Shown here in pieces: positions 55,664-64,000 of a DNA stretch of 64,000 nucleotides. This DNA is from Octopus vulgaris (lineage: Eukaryota), in assembly GCA_951406725.2 (NCBI GenBank), contig OX597814.1, positions 27,900,001 to 27,964,000 on the forward strand, read 5' to 3'. Numbering within the stretch: the first letter of the stretch is position 1; the number at the start of each line of letters is the position of its first letter. The notes below the pieces were generated by a model. That model did no database searches, was not told the origin of the DNA, and saw nothing but the letters and a program-made list of their open reading frames with translations. Both the position numbers and the translations under genes were made by a program.

Positions 55664-56590
55664 TTGCTACTTATTCTTTCAGTGTATTTTGCCGAATCGC
55701 TAAGTTCGTACTCAGAATCGATATGTTCGTGTACAGTCTGTTTCTGAATACAGAAACAGACTGAGTGTGGAGAAAGTACAACGTGTCCTGTACTTACAAA
55801 TGTAATTCTACAACTTGTATGGCTTCTCGTGTCTATCAAGGTTCATTTTTGGATAATCACTTCCCAATAATCGAAAAAGTACAACAAAATGAAAAAAGAC
55901 AACTACAGCAACAACAAAAATAAATGTACGAATCAACGAAGAAGCTTGTATGAGGCTTCTGATATAACAGCCTGTATGATGCTGCTAGAAATAGCTAGCA
56001 AATTTTCCTAAAACCACATTTAGTTTCTTAAAAATAAAGGACATATTGAATAATATTTTTTATGGCAAGAAAACTGTTGTAATGCTTATGTTTGGAACGC
56101 CTTTAAACTTGGGGTTCAACGATTAGAAAATGACCAGGAAATAAATAACTACTACAGCAACAAACACACAAATAAGAAATACGTAGATGTTTGGGCTAAA
56201 TGTTCTTCTATTGTATGTATATCAAGAATGGCAGAATCATTAGCGTAAGGGACGAAATGCTTTGTAGTTTTTAGTTGTGAATCTTTACATTCGAAGTTGA
56301 AATCCTGCCCAAGGCGGCTTTGTCGTTCATCGAGCCTGAAAACGATAAAATAAGTACCATTCAAGTACTGTGTTCGATATTGTCGATTATACACCTCCAC
56401 CTTATGCTTGTGTAAAATACAGGGTGTCTGACGATTGTACAAAACAATTTAAAACTGGTATGTCAGGCCCTGTCAGTTTCTCTTCGTAGGGCGATACTAG
56501 AAAAGGGGAAATGTAGGTTATAAAGGTAAAATGTAGGAGTAAGTTGAATAACTTCATTATGTGGGCGAGGGGACAAGAGGAAAGAGTAAG

Positions 56591-56828
56591 AAGCCCTTTA
56601 AACCCGCGAGTAGGCTTTAGCGGGTATGATTTCGTTTGATTATGCCTTAGAAAGGCGCAAAAGCGAGTAACTATGTAGTTTCATATTTACAGTTCGTTAA
56701 TTGGCAGAAATTTCGTTATTTTCAGCCGCGAACACAAAACTACGTGGCTTCACACTTTTGCGTTTTCGATGAGGAGAATCAAACAAAGTAGCGCCTACTA
56801 AAGCGTATACGTGAGCTTAAAGGCTTAA
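56591..56828. mobile_element. Old palindromic MITE (piggyBac-like ends)
   Basis: About 90-bp imperfect inverted arms (gccctttaaac... / ...gcttaaaggc ttaa). Confidence 0.6.
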
Positions 56829-57128
56829 TTAACCTAACTTGGTCCGATTTCTTCCTTTATAACCCACTTTTGTTTTTCTTTCTTTAGTTTCAGTGGAAAA
56901 AATCTTAACGGCTCTAACCTACCTGCTAGGAAACTTTTTCCCAATCGTCGGACGTTTTGTAGTAAAAAAATGTTCTGCTCTATATTCAAATGAAATGAGT
57001 CCTTCCTTGTGTGAACAATTTCAGTAATCCCCTGATTAAGATAACCCTATTATGTAGATGTGTGTGTGTGTGTCTGTGTGTGTGTGAGTGCGTGCGCGCG
57101 TGTATATGTGTGTAGATATACATATCTT

Positions 57129-57182
<54 letters not shown>

Positions 57183-57985
57183 ACCCGTTCTCCCTGTCTT
57201 ACTCTCTCTCTCTTTCTTCTCCTCTCCCTCTCTCTATATGCTCTAGTTACTCTCTGCATGTTGAGAGTAACTATAGAAGGCAGCTGATGATTTACTCCAT
57301 ATGTGTGAGTGTATGTGAGTGTATAAAAAGTATACAGAAATATATAACCACACACTGAAGCGAAGATATCATACACGTTATTTTTGCCCTTATTTAGACA
57401 TTTCTTTTAGAAAAATATCACGCACTGACAAGTAATTCCACAAGCACACCTATGATATATACGCATACACAAACATATCCTCAAATTGATACTAACTTTC
57501 CTTTGTCTCTTTCTCCCCCTCTCATTATCTGTCTGTCCTCCTCTCCAATCACCCCCCCCCCCCCACCTTTCACACTAAGCTTAGTTATTGTCAGCATTGT
57601 CAACAGCTGGTCGTTGAATAACAAATGTTTCTTACTCACGTAAAAAATATCGATGTTGGATTTTAGTAATACTTGAAAAAAAAAAAAAATGAAATGGTCA
57701 CATTGGGAAGTTGGAGGTGGGGGTTCAGTGAAAAAGCTGAGTAATTATTGGATTTTGAAATTGCAAAATGGCAAGTCTATGGTTTGAAGAAATCAGTTTA
57801 AATCTTCGATCCACAAGCGATTCGTTAAAGTTATTACTCCCATATAAGGTAAAAGAGTCGACTATCCCGGCTCCAACTGCATTTACGACGATTTCTCTTT
57901 GGCCCAACTCGCAATTACAAAGAGAAATTGCTTTACATTACCTCACACAACTCAAATATAACCAACGTAACTAGATAAACATCTA

Positions 57986-59440
57986 CAATGTGGTATCAAA
58001 ATGTCCCGGACTAGTTATGTTTAATGAAAAAAATAACTTATTTACCCAAGTTTTAACATTATCTCCTTTGAAATAGTTACCTTGCGCAGCACTACACCGG
58101 TCCCAGCGTTCCTGCCACTTTTAGAATCCGGCCTGAAAGTCGCTTTCCGTAAGCGAGTCTAGAATCTTCTGCGATTCGCTCTGGATCTCGATAACAGTGG
58201 TAAAACGGCGACCTTTGAGCTACATTTTCATCTTGGAGAAGAGACGGGAGTCCGGAGGCGCTAAATCTGGCGAATAGGGCGGGTGCGGAAGCGATTCCAT
58301 ATTGTCTTTGACGAGAAACTCGCGAGTGAGGAGAGCTAGGTGACAAGGTTGCATTGTCGTCGTGAAGAATTCATTTCTTCGCGCTCCACAGATCCGGCCG
58401 CTTTCGCCAAATGTCCTCCCTCGAACGTTTCAAAACGTCGCAGTACACAATACCGCAGATGCCGAGAAAAAAAAGAAAAAAAGACGATGAGCATGCTCTT
58501 GATTGACCAACGGCTCTGTCGTGCCTACTTCGGTCGTGGAGATGAAGGCATCTTTCATTGTAATGACTACTGCTTCATCTCAGGGTCGTATCCGTAGGCC
58601 CAACTCTCGCCACCGGTGATAACCCTCTACACGAAGGATGAGTCATCAGTGGCACGCTGACGGAGATCTTGACAGGCTTCAACGTGATGTTTTTTTTTTT
58701 ATACTCAGTGGTCAACAGACGAGGGACAAAGTTGGCAGAGACATGCTGCATGTTCAGTTCAGACGTTAGGATTATCTGCACAGACCCATACGATAGGCCA
58801 ACGACATCAGCAATGTCGCTGATTGTCCTCCGACGATCCTCATGCACAAGCTGACGAATTTTTCTCCATATTTCCGGGGGTAACGCTCGTGGAGACGTTC
58901 TTCCGCTTTTGAAGAGCTCGTGCCACTCGAAACATTGCGTTTTCATCATCCAGGTTTCAGCCAGGTTTCAGTCAAGGCTGATCTGGAACCCAACCTAAGC
59001 CCCCATGTCTACGGCATTCGCCGCTGGAATGGGGAGTGGTTGGAGATCACGCGGTCGTTAGCCTCAAATCGCCAGGCCTGGTCGGCGTTTGCGAGAGATA
59101 CAGCATTGAGGATACATGAAGCCAGCTCAACCCACCCAGGGTGAATGCTGTCTCAAGACAAGAAGAAGAAGAAACATTGCGTACAACCCATTGCCTCGTC
59201 GCCGTAAGCTTGCCGAAGCATGCTCAATGTCTGTAGCAGACACCCCAAGTTTAACGCAAAATTTTACCTTGGATCTTTGTTCCAACTTCCTCTTCCTCTT
59301 CATGACAAAATCGCAGCATACACGGGATCACAAAAATACAAATTTCACAACTCGCGGAGTAAACGCAGCGATGTCACTCTGCTAGTTCTCACTGTTGGCG
59401 CGCTATAGAATTAGTCCGGGAACTTTTTGATACCATGTGT
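57986..59440 (-). mobile_element. Mariner transposon, defective, with both TIRs
   Basis: TIRs tggtatcaaaatgtcccggact / agtccgggaactttttgatacca; ATG at 59303 MKRKRKLEQRSKVKFCVKLG; motifs FVPRLLT, ITGGESW, HDDNA, HPPYSPDLAP, WQERWDRC; stops and deletions present. Confidence 0.92.
58941..59170 (+). pseudogene. 5'-truncated RTE LINE 3' end inserted in the mariner
   Basis: 12-bp TSD gaaacattgcgt (58929-58940, 59171-59182); VKADLEP...LASNRQAWSAFARD...SSTHPG*; (AAG) tail. Confidence 0.85.
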
Positions 59441-59740
59441 GTTTGTTCCTTCTCGAGCCACGCATGGCTCATAAGGGCCGGTTTCCGGTTTCCTTGGTGT
59501 ATAAGTTCGCCACCTGGACTGGACGCCGGTCCGTCGCAGGTGAGCTGCAAGATGCAGGAGGAAAGAGTGAGAGAAAGTTGTGGTGAAAGAGTCAGCAGAA
59601 GTTCGCCATTACCTGCTGCCGGAACCGCGTGGAGCTTAGTTGTTACGCTCATAAAAACACACATCGCCCGGTCTGAGACTCGAACCCACGATCCCTCGAC
59701 CGCGAGTCCGCTGCTCTAACCACTAGGTCATGTGCCTCTA
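59441..59740 (-). mobile_element. SINE family C-like head with tail type 4 (V-domain-like)
   Basis: Minus strand cctgcgacggaccggcgtccagtccagg resembles the V-SINE central motif. Confidence 0.7.
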
Positions 59741-59778
59741 CACCTTATGTGTGTGTGTGTGTATATTCATATATACAC

Positions 59779-60008
59779 GGCGGCGAGCTGGCAGAAACGT
59801 TAGCGCGCCGAGCGAAATGCTTAGCGGTATTTCGTCTGCCGTTACGTTCTGAGTTCAATTCCGCCGAGGTCGACTTTGCCTTTCATCCTTTCGGGGTCGA
59901 TAAATTAAGTACTAGTTTCGCATTGGGGTCGATATAATCGACTTAATCCCTTTGTCTGTCCTTGTTTGTCTCCTCTATGTTTAACTCCTTGTGGGTAGTA
60001 AAGAAATA
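59779..60008 (+). mobile_element. SINE family A (tail 1)
   Basis: Consensus-like. Confidence 0.9.
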
Positions 60009-60084
60009 TATATTTATATATACACACACCTTTATGCATATACCACATTGTGTGTGTATGTGTGTGTGTGTGTGTGTGTGTGAT

Positions 60085-60388
60085 CACGGAATTACACCTA
60101 GAAAGTTTCCCTCTGAAGCACAAGTCTCAGCAAAGTCGTTTAAGGAATACTAGCAGTCGCCCATCATGCATACCAGCCGCCCGTCTCCATGCCACCAATG
60201 TTATTGAAGAAAAGGGCAAAGGCCGATACAGCTTGGCACCAGTGACATTGCAACTCATTTCCGGCCGAGTAAACTGGACCAAAGTGAATTAAAGTGTCTT
60301 GGTAACACACAACCCGGTCCGGGAATCGAACTCACTACCTCATGATTGTGAGCCTGAAGCTCTAACCACTGTGTGATGCAGCTTCACA
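60085..60388 (-). mobile_element. SINE family D
   Basis: tRNA-like head (agtggttagag...gagttcgattccc) and body shared with 10330-10545. Confidence 0.7.
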
Positions 60389-60490
60389 CTCACACACACA
60401 CACACACACAGCTTAAGGGGATAATTATAAATTAGCTATCGCCTCATTAGCACATTATGTTGGATCGTGGCTAGCGTAGTTATTCCAAAA

Positions 60491-60722
60491 GGCGGCGAGC
60501 TGGCAGAAACGTTAGCACGCCGGGCGAAATGCTTTGCGGTATTTCGTCTGCCGTTACGTTCTTGAGTTCAAATTCCGCCGAGATCGACTTTGCCTTTCAT
60601 CCTTTCGGGGTCGATAAATTAAGTACCAGTTACACATTGGGGTCGATATAATCGACTTAATCCGTATGTCTGTCCTTGTTTATCTCCTCTGTGTTTAGCC
60701 CCTTGTGGGTAGTAAAGAAATA
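60491..60722 (+). mobile_element. SINE family A with TSD agttattccaaaa
   Basis: Direct repeat on both flanks. Confidence 0.9.
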
Positions 60723-61076
60723 AGTTATTCCAAAATTAAAATGAAATTCGCATGACTGCAATTGATACTATAAGGATATCATTACACATTTCCATACATT
60801 ATTGGTTGGCATCCCTTTTGTCTCGGGAGACAATGGAGTTGCGCATAAAGTAGTCTAGTCCGGCTTTTACATTTCACGTCCTGATACATTTCCTGCTGTG
60901 GCCGTGTAGTCCTATCATACATTACAGCATGTGTTATATAACATCATATGAATTGCATAACTTTGTATGGGATATGAAATAAATGATATCGTCCGTTCAC
61001 GGAAACAATTGTAATGTCAATTTGACTTCTTTCCTCATTTAAATTATAACATATGTGTGTGTGTGTGAGTGTGTGT

Positions 61077-61135
<59 letters not shown>

Positions 61136-61256
61136 TGTGTGAGTGTGTGCATGCGCGTTCGTGCATGCCTGCGTGTGTGTGCGCGCGCGTAAATGTACGC
61201 ACGTATGTTTCTCTCCTTATCTTTATGTATATACATGCATATGTATATGCTTGCAT

Positions 61257-61452
61257 ATCATCATCATCATCATCATCATCGATTAGCGTCTGCTTTCCAT
61301 GCTAGCATGGGTTGGACGGTTCAACTGGGGTCTGTGAAGCCAGAAGGCTGCATCAGGCCCAGTCTGATCTGGCAATGTTTCTACGGCTGGATGCCCTTCC
61401 TAACGCCAACCACTCCGTGAGTGTAGTGGGTGCTTTTTACGTGCCACCCGCA
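61257..61452 (-). mobile_element. 3' part of an RTE-related SINE with (GAT)n tail
   Basis: Minus strand gttggcgttaggaagggcatccagccgtagaaa ... catgctagcatgg ... (gat)n. Confidence 0.65.
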
Positions 61453-61481
61453 CATATGTATATATATATTGTGTATATACA

Positions 61482-61543
<62 letters not shown>

Positions 61544-61879
61544 CTTTAACGAGGAAAAGATTGATAATGACATCGAGGTATTAAGGGACTCGTCTTCAGT
61601 CTGGCAAAACTTTGAAGTCACTATCAACTTTTTCCTTATAAAAGTTAAATATATACTCTACTAAAAAGTACTGAGTAGTCCTTCTGTTTAATGTTAAATT
61701 GTTTTTATACAGGCCCAGGAATTGCTGTGTGGTAAAAAGATTGCTTCTTATCCGCATGGGTTCGGATTCAGTTCCACTGCCTGACACTTTGAGCAAGTAC
61801 TAGGGTCAATTTGCTAGACTAGAATCCTTCAAAGCGGTGCCCTGGCATGGCCGCAGCCCAGTAACTGAAATAAGTAAAA

Positions 61880-61880
61880 G

Positions 61881-61933
<53 letters not shown>

Positions 61934-62043
61934 ACTGTCTGTCTGTCTATAAGTCATTCTATCTATCTGTCTGTCTGTCTATCTGTCTGTCTGTCTGTCT
62001 ATCTATTATTCTATCCATTTATCTGTCTATCACCTGTCTGTTG

Positions 62044-62114
<71 letters not shown>

Positions 62115-62298
62115 ATCTATCTATCTGTCTGTCTATCTGTCTATCTGTCTGTCTGTCTGTATGTCTGTCTATCTATCTATTTATCTGTCTATCTGTCTAT
62201 CTTTGTATATATATGTATATATATATATAATTCTATCTATCTATTTGTCTGTCTGTCTATCTATCCATCTATCTATCTATCCCTCTATCTATCTATCC

Positions 62299-62354
<56 letters not shown>

Positions 62355-62359
62355 GTCTG

Positions 62360-62415
<56 letters not shown>
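61880..62415. repeat. (TCTA)/(TCTG)n microsatellite following a SINE B tail
   Basis: Direct reading. Confidence 0.9.
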
Positions 62416-62416
<1 letters not shown>

Positions 62417-63149
62417 AACACATATATGCGTGTGCGCGTGCGTATGTACGTGTATATGCATATGCATCGGTGTGCATATGTGTGCATGCTATCATGTAAG
62501 TTATATGATTTGACAATGTGTATGTTCTTATGGATGTTTGTAAGTTTGTAAGTACACATACCCACTGCAATATAAGCATCTGGAATGTTTTACATATTTT
62601 AATAGTACTATTAATGACCTGTAATTCCAATTTCCTAATTAGCTGTGTTCCTCCTGGTTTTGTGAATCACGGATTCTCATGATTTTGTGATGAGGTCATT
62701 AGTTACTCAATCTCACGCCCCAATAATCAAAGTTAGAAATTGCAAGTTATGGTTCGGATGTTAGTATCTGCAAATTTCTAATTAGTTTGGCATAGATTTT
62801 TTTTTCTAAATTCTTTCATCTAAAACATTATGTTGACGCCCGATAGACAACTGATTTCTACTGCTCTGCACAATTTCTTTTTTCTATCCTAAATCATTGT
62901 GTACAGTCTGTTATACCTCCATTTTACAAACAGTTTTGACAGGAATAATCCTTTTTATTATAGGCACATGGTCTGAAATTTTGTGAGGGAGTGGGTAAGT
63001 CGATTACTTCTACCCCAGTTTTCACCAAATTTATCCGACCTCGGGGGCATTTGAACTCAGAACGTAAAGACGGAAGAAATGTCGCTAAGTATTTCGTCTG
63101 CTGTGCTAATGATTCTGCCAGCTCGCCGCCTTATTTTTGACAGAAATAA

Positions 63150-63550
63150 TAATCCTTTCTACTAAAGGCACAAGGCCCGAAATTTAGTGGAGGGGACTAG
63201 TCGATTACATCAACCCCAGTGTTTCGATGGTACTTAATCTATCGACCCCGAAAGGATGAAAAGCAAAGTCGAACCCGGAGGAATTTGAACTCAGAACGTA
63301 GCGGCGGACGAAATACCTATTTCTTTACTATCCATAAGGGGCTGAATACAGAGAGGAAAAACAAGGACAGACAAACGCATTAAGTCGATTATATCGACCC
63401 CAGTGCGTAGCTGGTACTTATTTAATCGACCCCGAAAGGATGAAAGGCAAAGTCGACCTCGGCGGAATTTGAACTCAGAACGTAACGGCGGACGAAATAC
63501 CGCTAAGCATTTTGCCCAGTGTGCTAACGATTTTGCTAAATTCGCCGCCT
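63150..63550 (-). mobile_element. SINE family A dimer
   Basis: Tail-1 unit joined at ggtatttc (63317/63318) to a tail-2 unit. Confidence 0.85.
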
Positions 63551-64000
63551 TTTTGACAGAAATAATAATGACCAGTATTATTTCTTATTATGGGGGATCA
63601 TGTCCCCTACATCCCTCTAACTTCAATATTTTTATCTTCGAAAGTACTCTTTGTACGAATTCCGTCCTATAGGAATTTGGCCGCGACATCATATTTTATC
63701 GCATTTTCAGACTGCTGCTGATGGTTTGGCTCATAGCTTCGGTGTTAATCCGACACAATATGTGTCGGTGTCATATCGAGGTATTATTATATTATATTTC
63801 AACCCCTATTTCTTTGGGTATCAGATATTTTCCTACATCCTGTTCTAGTATTGAAAAATCCTGTCCTTCAAAGTGAAAATTAATATACCGATTGTCTGAT
63901 CCACAATAGAATACTTTGGTTAACCATGTTATTGTTATTCTCGCATCATTGTCATGCATGACTTTTTGCTGCTGAGCAGAAAGCCTTTTATCTGCTATTC

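Noticed and set aside
63570-64000. Possible RTE reverse-transcriptase remnant on the minus strand (also 62640-62930)
   Set aside because: Motifs too degraded to support by eye; needs a TBLASTN/HMM search

Overview
AT-rich, gene-poor eukaryotic DNA with very dense microsatellites. The tRNA-derived SINE families and repeat landscape point to an octopus (coleoid cephalopod) genome; this is inferred from repeat recognition. I found no intact protein-coding gene: nearly all listed ORFs are read-throughs of microsatellites or SINEs, so the window is probably intergenic or inside a large intron. It holds dozens of copies of at least four tRNA-SINE families (called A-D here). It also holds decayed LINEs (RTE/BovB-like, R4/Dong-like, L1/Tx1-like, Penelope-like), two mariner relics, a Tigger/pogo relic, several MITEs (mariner, hAT, piggyBac-like, Merlin-like) and three non-autonomous Helitrons. 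The best candidate for something new is a microsatellite-associated repeat carrying all hammerhead-ribozyme core motifs and perfect stems I and III, but in a non-circularly permuted order (7420-7479). A second copy begins exactly at the predicted cleavage site (50505). Other points of interest: an old inverted duplication (34.5-39.8 kb), a SINE head shared by four different 3' tails, a SINE subfamily that inserts preferentially at GGT(A) and builds ordered arrays, and a short hairpin-ended retro-element with TSDs. Coordinates were read by eye and repeat boundaries are approximate.
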